Notes: generated by a model not told the origin, from the letters alone. DNA of 64,000 nt from the human T2T-CHM13v2.0 reference genome, Homo sapiens (GCF_009914755.1 NC_060926.1), one strand, 5' to 3'. Positions 1-61,570 are shown, counted from the first letter of the stretch. Numbers and translations: made by a program.

Positions 1-181
1 CTGCACACTCCCACCAAGCCCGCAGCTGAGCCCTGCCTAGAATAGGAAAACTCCCACAGCAACTGGAGAAGGGCTCGTCTGAGGAAGAGGAGGATTTGTT
101 TCCATAGAAAACGTTATTAACATAGCCAGGAGTTCTGGGAAGAAATACATGCATAAAGGCTGTGAGGGGGCCTTAGTTTAA

Positions 182-578
<397 letters not shown>

Positions 579-888
579 TTTTTTCTAGTTAAGCTTTTCG
601 GACAACTGGCAAACCTAAAACAGCAGTGAAGTTTGGTCCAAATTCTTCCTGGTGACTTTGTGGTACCTGTCACTTAAGGCCCATCCAGCATTCACACAGT
701 GTGGCCATGCCAGGTTATTGGCCGGTACTAAGTTTCCAGTAGGAAGCAGCCCCTGGAGGCCCGTGCAGGCCTCTGAGACCACCAGCTCAGGGAGGGCTTC
801 CCTCCAGGCAGGGCACACCGTGCACCTGCGGCATCCGGCAGGGCCAGCCCAAGGACAAATGGCGCCCCCTTACCCACCGGTGACTTAC

Positions 889-46734
<45,846 letters not shown>

Positions 46735-46921
46735 AGGGTCGGCGGCGGGGCGGGTGCGGGGGCCGGGTCGGGGGCCACGCCGGGGCCCTGGGCTGGGTCG
46801 GGGGCGACTAGCGGGCTGCGGAGCGGGGTCGCAGCGCGCGCGGCTCGACCGGAGCTGCAGCCGCCGCCGCCACCGCTGCCGAGCACTCCCGCGGGCGGGC
46901 GCGCGCCTGGAGGCTCCCGGG

Positions 46922-46935
46922 GTTGCCACGGCAAC
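46922..46935. promoter_or_regulatory. RFX X-box (GTTGCCACGGCAAC)
   Basis: 13/14 match to the palindromic consensus GTTGCCATGGCAAC, about 190 bp upstream of the ATG. Confidence 0.7.
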
Positions 46936-48232
46936 GAGGGAGGCGGGAGGGGCGCGCGCGGCGGGGGCGAGGCCGGGCGGCGGCGGTTCGGGGGCGACCG
47001 GGCTGGGCGCGACCCGGGCCCCGCGAGCGCCGACTGCGGGCTGGGGCCTGCCGCGGGCTCGCGCCTTCCTCCCCCGCGCCGCCGTGCCCCGACCCGGAGA
47101 GGGGCAGAGCTGCGGAGGCCCTGGAGCTGCGCCTTTGCCTGCCCCGCCCACTCCTCACGGCGGGGGAAGCCTGGAAGGGGCGGGCGAGGCCACCCTCGGC
47201 TCCCCAGTGCCCGCAGACCTCCGCCTTGCCCACGCCGGGCACCCCCTGCGGTCTCCCGCAGGGTCGCAGCTCGGCGACCCGCTCTGAAGCTCCGAGCCCG
47301 GCCTCGGGGAATGTGTCCCCGCTGGAGGGGGTCTCCGTCTTGTCTCTGCTCCAGGCGGAGACTGGGGTCTCAGGGGCTCCTTGCAAGCCCGCTCCTGAGC
47401 CTCGCGGTGGGGAGGGGGCCGGCGCGGAGGTCTTTCCCGGGCGAGTCTGGTCGCAGGACGAGCCACGCTCAGCTACGCACGACCCTGGCGGGTCTGGGAT
47501 GGGTTCGGGGGCACCAGAGGAGGAGAAACCAAGTGCCCGAAACCTCTCCTGGGTTGCCCTGCCCGGTGACATCGACTCCTGGACTCTGCGCCTTCGCGTT
47601 AGCTGGGTCAGTCCGCTCGCGGATCAGAAAGAGCAGAAAGGACAGTCGGAAGAGCGAGGCCTGGAGGTGCCTACGGGCCGAGCCAAGCTGCCCTCTGCTC
47701 GGGGATCATGCTGTCTGCTCAGGTGTGGCGAGGATATCTAGCAAGATGCCCCCCGCCTACTCTCGCGAAGGCCCCTGGCGCGCTGCCCGGTGTCCTTTTC
47801 CGGAGGCCAGCCGGCTCACCTGGGTGGGCCCTTGGGTGACCGCGGCCTGCGCCTGCAGCCGGGCCTGTCCTTTTTACGGCCCTGAGGAAACCCCAGGGGC
47901 AGGGGTGGAGTGCGGAGCATAGTCCCCCGCACGCTCCAACCCACCCGGCATTTGTTTAAATTAGCAAATTCTTCGTTGGGGGGGATGCAAACATTCCTGG
48001 TGGCAGCGGTGCAGTTACTCGTTAATTGTTTGGCTTTAATGGATCCTTAACCAGTCTTGAATAAGGCAGGTGTGATCAAGGGAGGGTTGGGGAGGAAGCT
48101 GAGAAGCATTAAGCTTTTTGCCTGGAAGGGAGCTCTCCTCCCCACGTGGTCTGACTTCCCCAGCTTTGACTCTAGAAAAGGGTGTTCAGGTAGACTCAAA
48201 GCCAGTCTCTAAAGCTGCCACTTAGCCCTGGT

Positions 48233-48306
48233 GCCAGAACGGGCAGGTCTGATCTCTTCATGCCCTTTGGGGCCAGAACGGGCAGGTCTGGTCTCTTCAT
48301 GCCCTT
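48233..48306. repeat. 39-bp tandem duplication
   Basis: gccagaacgggcaggtctg(a/g)tctcttcatgccctt occurs twice. Confidence 0.9.
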
Positions 48307-48511
48307 AAGGCCTGAGAATATTCGAGACAACCATCTGGTCTTTTCCCAAGCCAAGCACCGCCCTTCCTTGACTCACTCCCATGGACCCAGGTATCTCCAG
48401 GCAGCCACCTCCTGCCCTTAGTGTGTTGCTCTGCTCACTGGCCATCTCCATCTGGCCATCCCACATCTTAGGCTGTCCTGGCTGCTATAACAAAATACCA
48501 TAGACTGGGTG

Positions 48512-48867
48512 TGATGTGGTTCGGCTGTGTCCCCACCCAAATCTCATCTTGAATTGTAGCTCCTATAATTCTCACGTGTTGTGGGAGGGACCCAGTGGGA
48601 GGCAATTGAATCATGGGGGTGGTTTCCCCCATATTGTTCTCCTGGTAGTGAATAAGTCTCACAAGATCTGATGGTTTTATAAAGGGGAAACCCCTTTTGC
48701 TTGGATCTCATTCTCTCTCTTGCCTGCTGCCATCTAAGACGTGCCTTTCGCCTTCTGCCATGATTGTGAGGCCATGTGGAATTGTGAGTCCATTAAATCT
48801 CTTTTTCTTTATAAATTACCCAGTCTCAGGTATGTCTTTATCAGCTGCGTGAGAGCGGAGTAATACA
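48512..48867 (+). mobile_element. THE1B/C-like solo LTR
   Basis: tgatgtggttcggctgtgtccccacccaaatctcatcttgaattgtagctcc...taataca; 5-bp TSD GGGTG (48507-48511, 48868-48872). Confidence 0.88.
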
Positions 48868-48995
48868 GGGTGTCATCAGAACCCAGTGTAAACAGCAGAC
48901 ACATTTCTCATAGTTCCAGAGGCTGGAAGGCTGAGCTCAGAGTGACACCATGGTCTGTTGCTGGTAAGGCCCTCCTCTGTGTCACCGACTGCTGA

Positions 48996-49376
<381 letters not shown>

Positions 49377-50089
49377 TCTCTGGGGTCTCTTTTATAGGGT
49401 ACTAATCCCATTCATGAGGGATCCACCCTCATGGCCTTGCCACCTCTCAAAGGCCCCACCACCTAATACCCATCACCCTGGGAGTTAGGATTTCAACACG
49501 TGAATGTTGCGGGAGACACAGACATTCAGTCCATAATATTCCACCCTGGTCCCCCAAAAGTCGTGTGCTTCTTGCATGTAAAATACATTCATTCCATCTT
49601 AACAACCCAAAAGTTTTAACTTGTTCCAGCATCAACTCTAAAGTCTGAAGTCCGAAGTCTCATCTAAATATCATCTCAATCAGGTGTGGGTGACACCCAA
49701 GGTGTGATTTATCCAGAAGCAAAAATTCCTTTCCAGCTGTGAATGTGTGAAACTAGAAAAATTCTATGTTTCCAAAATACAATGGTGAGACAGGCAGAGG
49801 ATAAAAAATCCCATTCCAAAAGGGAAAAATAGAAAAAGAGAGAGAGGAAGGAAGGAAGAGAACAGGAAAGAGGTGACAGGTCCCAAGTAAGTTTAAAGCC
49901 TAGCAAGGCAAATTCCATGAGGAAGATTCTCCAAAGCTGGAGAATAATGCTCTCTGCCTTGATGCTCTGCCTGCAGTGCCCACTGGTGTGGCACTGTCAC
50001 CCCCACAGCTGGGTGGGGCACTGTCTACTCTGTGCCTCTCCGTTATTTGGTGGCTCATACCACGCTTCTCTGTCAGAGGTGTGAAGCTG

Positions 50090-50672
50090 TTGTGTTTTGT
50101 GGAAGGTAGAAATTGGATATTTAGTTGAGTGGATTTCTGGGCAAAGTGTCTAAGGAGTGGCTTGGTTCTTCCTGACAAACATAGTAAAATTTGAGAAGAG
50201 AAGAGTAATTTGAAGATGGAGCTGTTAAGCAAAAAGTAAGCAGAATTCAAGGATTTGAAAGAATCCTCAGCCTTTCCGTATTACAAGCTATGAGAAAACA
50301 TTCAGAAGAGAACACCAAGGGTGTGATGGACAGACCATTTGATAAGGAGATGAGTGTGAGTGTGAAATACAGACTTAACCGTCCCAACAAAAGCCAAGAA
50401 TAGAGGTGAGATTCTACCAGCAGAAACAGTGCCAGCTGGGCCTGAGGAAACGGAGAAAGTGGGACAAAATGAAGGAAGGAAGATTGTTGGACTTCTTAGA
50501 TCCTGCAGGACTGGACATAGAACCATTTGGCTGAAAACACATGTGATTCTTCCAGACAAGGGGAGAATGACTCAAGAGGCTATTCAGAAATCGTCTGGCT
50601 GCCACTCCTTCAACACTTTGCCCAGAAATCCACTCAGCTAAATATCCAATTTCTACCTTCCACAAAGCACAA
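50090..50672. repeat. 72-bp inverted repeat (50090-50161 / 50601-50672)
   Basis: Arms are reverse complements with 4 mismatches. Confidence 0.9.
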
Positions 50673-50824
50673 TTCAGCCCAGTTATTTGCCACTTTATGA
50701 CAAGGACGGCCCTTTCTCCAGTGTCCAGTGACATGCTCCTCATTGCTTTCCAAGGCCTCATTAGAATGGTAACTGGTATGGTAAAATCCATACTTCTACC
50801 AGCATTCTGTTCATGATGACTTAG

Positions 50825-51201
<377 letters not shown>

Positions 51202-51558
51202 CAGAATCCCCTTTCAAATTCCATCCATGGCGATCTAGGCTTTTTTTCTAGCATGTGCCTCAAAACTCTTCTAGCCTCTACCCATTACCAAAGCCACTAC
51301 CACATTTTTAGCAGTACCTTCACTTCTTAGTATCAATTTCTGTCTTAGTTCAGGCAAAGTGCTGTAGTCTGGGGGCCTATAAACAACAGAAATTTATTTC
51401 TCCCAGTCTGGAGGCTGGAAGTCTGAGATCATGGTGCCAGCCTGGGCTGGTTCTGTGAAGGGCTTACTTCCTGGCTGCGGACGGCTGACTCCTTGTATCC
51501 TCATGCGTTAGAAAGAGGGCTTGGGAGCTCTCTGAGATCTCTTTTAAAGGACACTAAG

Positions 51559-52021
<463 letters not shown>

Positions 52022-52704
52022 CTAAACAACTAAAATTCAGCATAACTGACAGTGCACCCACCGTCTCCCCCAGCTCCCCTCTCCAGCAGCAAACCAGGAG
52101 CCAAGTAGAACTTGGGCGCTGGCCTCCGTGTCTGTACTTCCTGTCACCCAGTGTGCCAATGGCTCACCAAGCTCCCTGGATCCCACAAGCAGTCCCCTTC
52201 CCTGGTAACTGGACTACTGCAAGTCCCTCCTCTCCCCAAGCCACCCTTCTCTCTGCCCCTCTCTGGCAATAAGGGTCTGATTTTGTCCCCTCCTTGCTCA
52301 AACATCTTGGTTGGAATCCCATCCCTCTGAGGGTGAAGCCCAGCCCCTTGTGCTGTGACAGGTCCCTCACCAGCTGTCCCATGCATTTGTGAGCTTGGTG
52401 GTGGGCACTGGCCTCCCCAGCTCTCTGAGGCTTTGGCCTCTGCACAGTTCTCCAGGTTCTGGGCTTTTTCAAGTGCTGTTCCCTCCCCTAGGACTGTGCT
52501 CTCCTAATGACGCCCTTGCCCTTCCAGGTCTAGGCACATTGGGTGTCCCCACCAGGCCCCTTCTGCTGTCTAGCCTGCAGTTGCTGCCTGGCACTGTGAT
52601 GTTCTGTCACGAAGGCATCCTTCCAGGAAGCCATGGGCTCCTTAGGATGGGCACCCTGCTGCCTCACTCATCTTTCATCAGGAGCCAGACAAAAACCCTT
52701 TATG

Positions 52705-53020
52705 AGGCGGGGCACAGTGGCTCACACCTGTAATCCCAGCACTTTGGGAGGCCGAGGCAGGCGGATCACAAGGTCAGGAGATTGAGACCATCCTGGCCAA
52801 TATGGTGAAACCCTGTCTCTAGTAAAAATACGAAAATTAGCTGGGCGTGATGGCACGCACCTGTAGTCACAGCTACTTGGGGGGTTGAGGCAGGAGAATC
52901 ACTTGAACCCAGGAGGCAGGGGTTGCAGTGAGCCGAGATTGCACCACTGTACTCCAGCCTGGGTGACAGAGCGAGACTGCATCTCAAAAAAAAAAAAAAA
53001 AAAAGAAAGAGAAAGAAAAA
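52705..53020 (+). mobile_element. AluSc-like
   Basis: Full dimer. Confidence 0.93.
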
Positions 53021-53462
53021 CACTCTATGGGCAAACATAGGACTGCCTGGTTTGCGTGGCTTCACTGTCCCTGAATTTGATGTAACACTAAATGGAAGCT
53101 ATTCCTTTTATGCTCTGCTGCACCAAAGAGGAAGATTCTTTTTTTTTTAAAGAAAATATTAAAGTGAAATTACGTATGTTAAGATCAGCATAAAGTCTTC
53201 CAGTAAAAAATAAGCTAAAAATATCTTTGTAATTATAAAATCAGTTTAGAAAGTCACTGAGTTCTAAGGCATGTAACCTTCAGCTAAATTCCACATGTTC
53301 CATTTTCCATTGCGTTTAGTGCTTATTAGGCAGGCTGCTATTAAAATCTCCTTTTAACTGACATTTTGTTCTGAATCATTCACAAAATAAAGTATTGATA
53401 AATATTTCAAATATTTATACCTGACTAGCACGTAGTAGGTGCTCTATAAATCTCTGAGAATG

Positions 53463-53770
53463 GGCCAGGTGCAGTCGCTCACATCTGTAATCCCAGCACT
53501 TGGGGAGGCCAAGGTAGGTGGTTTGCTTGAGCCCAGGAGTTCAAGACCAGCCTGGGCAACATGGTGAAACCTCATCTCTAAAAAAGAAAAAATGACAAAA
53601 TTAGCCAGGCATGGTAGCATGCACCTGCAGTTCCAGCTACTCAGGAGGCTAAGGAGAGAGGATCTCTTGAGCCCAGGAGGTGAAGGTTGAAGTATGCCAA
53701 GATCGCACTACTGCACTCCAGCCTGGGCAACAGAGTGAGACTCTGTCTCAAAAAAAAAAAATAATAAGAA
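53463..53770 (+). mobile_element. AluJ
   Basis: cttgagcccaggag in both arms. Confidence 0.9.
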
Positions 53771-54064
53771 GAATAATTGGTGAATGAATTAAAGTTATAT
53801 TTTTTAAAATAAGTATTTAGTTATTTTAGGTATTTTATCTAAAGATTATTTTTTCCTTTGGGTTATAAAAGCTAAACATTGGAAGCAAAGTGCATTCTTA
53901 TTTACATACTAAATTCAGCCTTCAGGAGTTCTTGTTTATGTTTATAAAATTTTTCTTGATCCTGAGGGAGAATCTCTGGAATTGGAAGGAAGTGGATGGA
54001 AGCTGAGATTATCTGGTTCAATGCTTTTATTTTACCAAAGGAACAAGACCAAAGGGTTAAATTA

Positions 54065-54397
<333 letters not shown>

Positions 54398-55081
54398 CTA
54401 ATGGCAGCTCTGGAAATATATGATAGTGATTCAACACTATATTGTAGAAAATAAGGAACAGCACATTGCTATTCACTTATTCTATTTTCAGGGTCACATG
54501 GTATGTCACCAGACTATCAAATGTTTAAAAACATTTGTATTGTTATATTTAGTAGGAAAATGCATTGAATTTTCTTTTTTTTCTTTTTGGTAGTGAGAAG
54601 ACATTTCTCAAATATATATAGGAAATGTGGTAGCTTTTAATTAACTGTATCTTTTAAATCCATAAACACAGTAGGTTATTTTTGTCACTCAGAACACATT
54701 TTCTACTTGCTTTGAAAATCAACAAATTTAATTCACAGAGGCAGAACCAGCAGTCGAACCACAGAAGGCTACAGCCTCAAGAGTTAAATGGACCTCCAAA
54801 TCTAGGGGGAAAGTGAGGAAAAGGGTAGGATAGATGCTCAGGAAGGGACCACCTCTGTCGCTGCAGCAGTGAGATACCCAGAAACCCATACTCTGTGGAT
54901 GAAGAGATTTTGCCACAAGGAGACTTTCCAAAAATAAATTGTTTTGTTGTGTGGCTGGAAGTATTTTACCGGTGAGGTGGAGGTGGAGATTTTTCCTTAC
55001 TTTTCATCAAGAAGATAATTTGTAAATGTGGAATTGTATCACGTTATGGAAATAAGTTAAAAAACAAAATCAGTCTATCCC

Positions 55082-55684
55082 TGTGTGGTAAAGAATTAAC
55101 TTTACCCAAAGACAGGTCTGGCTTTTGCCTAGGCTCTTAGGAGGTGCTCTCTAAGCTGTTGGAATGTGGTGTCTGAAAAGAGGCTCTTTCCTTACCCAGG
55201 AGCCTTGGCCCACTCTGGATAGGGTGGGGTCTCTGGGTCATGTAGTATCAGTTTTGCCTCCAGAAGGGCTGGAGACTGAGGTCAGCTACCTGGGCAGCCA
55301 ACCACATCTTTGTGACCAAGCCTCAATAAGAACTCTGGACACCAAGGCACAGGTGGGCATCTCTGGTTGATGGTGCGCCACGCATGTTATCACACATTAC
55401 TGAGGGGAAGGTTAGCGCTATCTGTGACTCCCAAGGGAGAAGACCACTGGAAGCTTCGTGAGTAGAACTTTTCTGGACTTTCCCCATGCATCTCTTCCCT
55501 TGGCTGATTTAACTCTGTATCCTTTCACCGTAATAAACTGTAATGGTGAGTATAACAGCTTTCAGTAAGTTCTGTGAGTTCTTCTAGCAATTTATTGAAA
55601 CTGAGGGTGAATTTGGGCACCCCCAAACTCTGCCGTTCATGTCAAAAGTGAGAGTGGTCTTGTAGACTGTCCTTTAACTTTGCA
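55082..55684 (+). mobile_element. ERVL-class solo LTR (MER77/MER68/MER21 group)
   Basis: TG...CA ends, ggctggagactgaggtcagc and aataaactgtaa...gagtataacagct motifs. Confidence 0.65.
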
Positions 55685-55693
55685 GGTCTCTAA

Positions 55694-56017
<324 letters not shown>

Positions 56018-56169
56018 TGATTTAGAACACAGTGACCACTTTCCTCTAACAGCCTTCCTTTCCTCTGGTCTCTTTGTCCCTCCCTCCATCTGTCCTAAAT
56101 GCAGCTGCTCTGTTAATTTTCCTCACACATGTCTGACCCCACATATCTGTTATCTTCAGTGACTCTTCA

Positions 56170-57230
56170 GTACCTTGTGGGTAATTCATTGCTCAATGGA
56201 GTTAATGGACGATCCAGGCTGGGGCCGCCCAGATGAAAGCTGAGTCACTCCTGACAGCTCCCAGGCCTTGCTCTGTCTTCTGTTAGCACTGCCTGCACGG
56301 TTTCTCCTCCCAGTGAACCTGAGCTTTTTGGGGGCAACTATGAAGAGGCCATTGATCTCTGCATCCTCAGCACCAGCACTTCTAGGAGGCATTGGGAAGG
56401 GGCTGGCTCGTGAGTTAATATAGGGAAGCCAGTGGGCTCTGTGGTGCCATGCCCTTGGTGTGAGTCTTTCTTCTCCTGCAGTAATTAAGTGGAGCATCAG
56501 CTTTTGCTTGGTATCCCATCTTGTGTGTCTTGGGTCAATGATGTTTCTTCAACTGATCTCTTTGGGAACTTGCAGGTAATGGCTTCTGCGATTGGTGCCT
56601 AAAGCTTGGGGGAGGTAACTAGTTATGATCTGTCTGTGTGAGTCCAAAAACCATCAAAACTGGATTCGGTGTTTTAGTGAAGTGAAGAGTGTTTTGTTTT
56701 TGTTCTTTTGGGATGAGTTGCTCTGGTGGACAGTCATGCTTTTGGTTAACTAGGGAAAAGGCCAGAGGGATCAGGAGACACCTACAAACCCTTGTCTGCT
56801 TTAAGAAGAGATGGTAGCACTGCATGAGTTTCAATGGTCATGGGAAGCAGATCCATCATCTCAGGGCTTAATTGCTGAAGACTGGAGATTGCTACGCTGA
56901 ATTCATTTTCTGAATCAAAAATAGATGGCCAAGAATTTTGCTCTTTTTCCAGGCATAAGAGGCAGCCTGGAGGATATTGCTTGGCTAGTGAAACATTGGA
57001 ATTTCCAAAGCATTTTGATGGTTCATGTGTCCTTAAAAGGCTTGGACAAATTGCAGCCATATCACCAATTATGAGATGCAGACTATCGCATAGCCTTCAT
57101 GGAAACGAATTGCCTAAAACAGGCTGCCCCAGATAACTCGTGGATAAGATGCTGCGATGCTTGTGTGTTTATCTGAAACTATGGAAAACGAGGGACATCC
57201 TGAGATATGGGTTTCTCTGGACTATTCCTA
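56170..57230 (-). mobile_element. Possible ancient non-LTR retrotransposon (RTE-X/L4-like) ORF2 remnant
   Basis: Frameshifted minus-strand motifs SYLG, *YGCNL, HQNA...*PSNILQAA/LCLE...WPSI resemble the RT thumb region. Confidence 0.35.
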
Positions 57231-57353
57231 ACCAAGGATCTTAGGATACATAGGGTCTGGGGGTTTGGCTGTGGGCTTTTGACCAAGAGGAGCCTGGGCT
57301 TTTGATCAATAGAAGCATCCTGAAGCAAGGGGCACCTAAGGGGTAAATACTAT

Positions 57354-57510
57354 AGGCCGGGTGTGGTGGCTCATGCCTGTAATCCCAGCACCTTGGGAGG
57401 CTAAGATGTAGGATCACTTGGAACGATCCTTGAGCCCAGGAGTTCGAGAGCAACCTGGGCAACATAGTGAGACCCTGTCTTAAGAAAAAAAAAAAAAAAA
57501 AAGGAAATAA
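57354..57510 (+). mobile_element. FLAM_C-like monomer
   Basis: Single arm + poly-A. Confidence 0.85.
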
Positions 57511-57626
57511 ATACAGTAATTTCCTGGATATGCTGAGGGTGAAATTTGAAGTGAATGAGATCAGGAGTTGCCTAGGTGCACATAATTTAGATGTCAGGTT
57601 ATGGCCACAGGGTTCTTATATTCTTA

Positions 57627-57943
<317 letters not shown>

Positions 57944-58459
57944 GGACTCAACCTGTAAAGGAATGAACAGTCCCATTTCCTGGCACTCAGAGTTATTCAT
58001 CTTAAATCACCTCATAAACTACATAGTTAAATCTAATGTAGTTCCATATTAGTGAGACCAATTTGTAAGCTATAATAAATGAAACAAATAGAAAGTGATA
58101 TTATTATTATTTAAGTAGTCTACATTTAGTGCTAAAATGCATTCACTATGGTAACAGAGAATGCATTGCCTTAACCATTAACCAAATGGAGCAAAACTTT
58201 ATGAAACAAGAAAGAAAAATATTCACTCATAAACAAAGTAGACTTGAAGAAGTAGCATGTATTTAATAATAAGAAATTGTTCCTTGAAAATTACAAATAA
58301 CTGGATTTTAGAAAAGTATCTTCCATAATGAAAAGCTAGTATGTAATATGAAAACTTTACATTACCTATTGAAACAGAAACAACTACCTCACCCTTAACA
58401 TCCTGTAGAATGTTCTTTGTTGAGTTACCAGTACTAATTATTCAAGAATTTGGTGTCTC

Positions 58460-58841
<382 letters not shown>

Positions 58842-59629
58842 CTAAAATCCTTGTTTCTGGGTCCTTGACTTTGTAATGTTGACGGAATTCGTTTCTTCCC
58901 AAGAATTCATAGTTTTTCACTATGATTAATATTTCTATTTCAGAGTGTCTCATAAGGAAACTGGTGATAGCACCGTACAAATTAGCACACAATAAGTGAA
59001 TATCACCATAAAGAAAAACACTATTTCAAAAGCATATCAGAAACACAGCAATCAAAGAGTTTTGGAAATGAACAGCCAGTGGTCGCCAAGGTGTGGAATT
59101 CACCAAGGGGTGGAAGCTGTCATTTTCCCCTGGGGGCGGGAGTGTGAATGGATACAACCTTTCAGAGGGCAGTCTGACAACACATATCGTAAATCTGCAA
59201 ATGCTCCACACTCTTTGGCAAAGAGATTCTACTTCTAGGAATGTTTCCTAGTGAACTATTGAGAGTCTGTGCAAAAAAATGAGCAGCGAGGATTTTTTTA
59301 GTGTTATTTATAACAGGGAAATATTTAATGTCCAATAATAGATTGACTATTTAAATGATCACATATTTCTCAAATGGAATACTACAGCATTAAACATTAT
59401 TTTAGAAGAACATTTAATAATCTGGAAAGACATCCATAGTATTTTAAATAAAAAAGCAGATTGCAAAACTGGATGGTAGTATGCTCTTACTTTGTTTATA
59501 AATAGACTTTTATATGTGGAATTTTAAGCGTGCGTATATACTTTTTAAAGGACTAGAAGATTGATCACCAAAAATATTTCATAGTACTTGTTGCTGGTTG
59601 GTTGGATTCTAATGAAATTTTCCTCCTTT

Positions 59630-60322
59630 CGTAACTGGCCAAGGGGTTCACCTTGCTGGCTGCCTAGACAGAGCCAATTCCTCAAGACAGGGGAATTGCA
59701 ATAGAGAAAGAGTAATTCACGCAGAGCTGGGCTGGCTGTGCGGGAGACCAGAGTTTTATTACTACTCAAATCAGTCTCCTGGAGCATTCAGGGAGCAGAG
59801 TTTTTAAGGATAATTTGGTGGGTGGGGAAAAGCCAATGAGCCAAGAGTGCTGATTGGTCGGAGATGAAATCATAGGAAGTCGGAGCTGTCTTCTTGAGCT
59901 CAGTCATGTCCTGGGTGGGGGCCACAAGATCAGATGAGCCAGTTTATTGATCTGGGTGGTGCCAGCTGATCCATCAAGTGCTGGGTCTGCAAAATATCTC
60001 AAGCACTGATCTTAGGAGCAGTTTAGGGAGGGTCAGAATCTTGTAACTTCCAGCTGCACAACTCCTAAGCCATAATTTCTAATCTGTGGCTAATGTTAGT
60101 GCTGCAAAGGCAGTCTAGTCCCCAGGCAAGAAGGAGGTCTGCTTTGGGAAAGGGCTGTTACCGTCTTTGTTTAAGCTATAAACTATAAACTAAGTTTCTC
60201 CCAAAGTTAGTTCAGCCTACGCCCAGGAATGAACAAGGACAGCTTGGAGGTTAGAAGGAAGATGGAGTCAGTTAAGTTAGATCTTTCACTGTCTCAGTCA
60301 TAATTTTGCAAAGGCGGTTTCA
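59630..60322 (-). mobile_element. LTR8 (ERV1) solo LTR
   Basis: Minus strand starts TGAAACCGCCTTTGCAAAATTATGACTGAGACAGTGAAAG; 693 bp; 4-bp TSD CTTT on both sides. Confidence 0.88.
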
Positions 60323-61302
60323 CTTTTACTCATACGTGTTTAAAATTTTTTCTACCATAAATGTGTCACTTATGTAATAAGGGGGAGAAAGTTACTTTAA
60401 GAAACAACATCAATCCCTTAATGCGCATAAATGTAGAGCATGGGTTTAAAGCGTTCACGTAGCCATAGGGAGCCTGGTCCACTTGAAAATGATGGACTGC
60501 TTTGTAGTCTCCAGATTTATTTGGGGGAAAAACACCTCAATTCACTACATAAATCTACCTCTGCAAAAGCTCTTCAGTTTGCAAAGAATCACGAATTCAA
60601 CTTTTACAGTAAATTACTTCTTGGCATTGTGAAAATTAAAGCACTTACCTGATATTCTAATCTTCCTGGTTATAAAAATAGTCCCTTTTCCAGAAATTCC
60701 CCTTTTCCTTCCATAAATCCACATATACAAGTCCTAACCAGAATGCTTCTTCCTTTTAAATGGAAGCCATAGTCCCATCAGGTGAGTCACCAAAGAAACC
60801 ACCACATCCACTCAAAGGCAGGTTTTCCTAACACCACAAGCCCTTCCCTGCCCTCCTGCATGGCTGCATCCCACCTTTACTGGCTCAATGCCACCTCCTC
60901 CAGGAAGTCCCCCATCCCATCCAGTGGCTGGCTGTGTTTGTTCACTCTTAAGTCTCCTGGAGCACTTCACCTGGGCTATCAGAAACCCTGATCACTTTAT
61001 TGGGAAGTTAACTCTCTGTCCTGTTGGACTGGGCAAGGAGACAGGACCTGGCCTGAGTGAGCCTGCCCCACTTGTCGCTGTGAGGGGCAGAGCACCTAGT
61101 ACACCTTTGAGGCTTTCTACGTACTTGCTGAATCAGCAGATCCGGGGGAAGCTTGAAAGCACGTGGACATTCTTTAGGGATTGTCGGGTTCCTCTCGGTA
61201 AATCGACTGATTTACAGAGACAGGGACATCTTCCAGACCCTTTTCCTTTCACTTATTAACGTAAATCTCTCTTTCCTACTCCCTTAAAAGATGAGTGTAC
61301 CA

Positions 61303-61570
61303 CTGGGCACGGTGGCTCACGCCTGTAAATGGGAATGCTCTGAGAGCTGTCCAACTCACGCCTGTAATCCCAACACTTTGGGAGGCCGAGGTGGGTGGAT
61401 CACAAGGCCAGGAGTTCGAGACCAGCCTGGCCAACATGGTGAAACCCCGTCTCTACTGAAAATACAAAAATTAGCGCGTGGAGGCGCACGCCTGTCATCC
61501 CAGCTACTTGGGAGGCTGAGGCAGGAGACTCCGTCTCAAAAAAAAAAAAAAAGAAAAGAAAAGAAGAAAA
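61303..61570 (+). mobile_element. Rearranged AluS (26-nt insertion, right-arm deletion)
   Basis: TSD gatgagtgtacc; see findings. Confidence 0.88.

Noticed and set aside
1-30. Possible exon 14 acceptor (CAG on minus strand at 1-3)
   Set aside because: Preceding minus-strand sequence is purine-rich with no polypyrimidine tract; the exon cannot be seen in the window.
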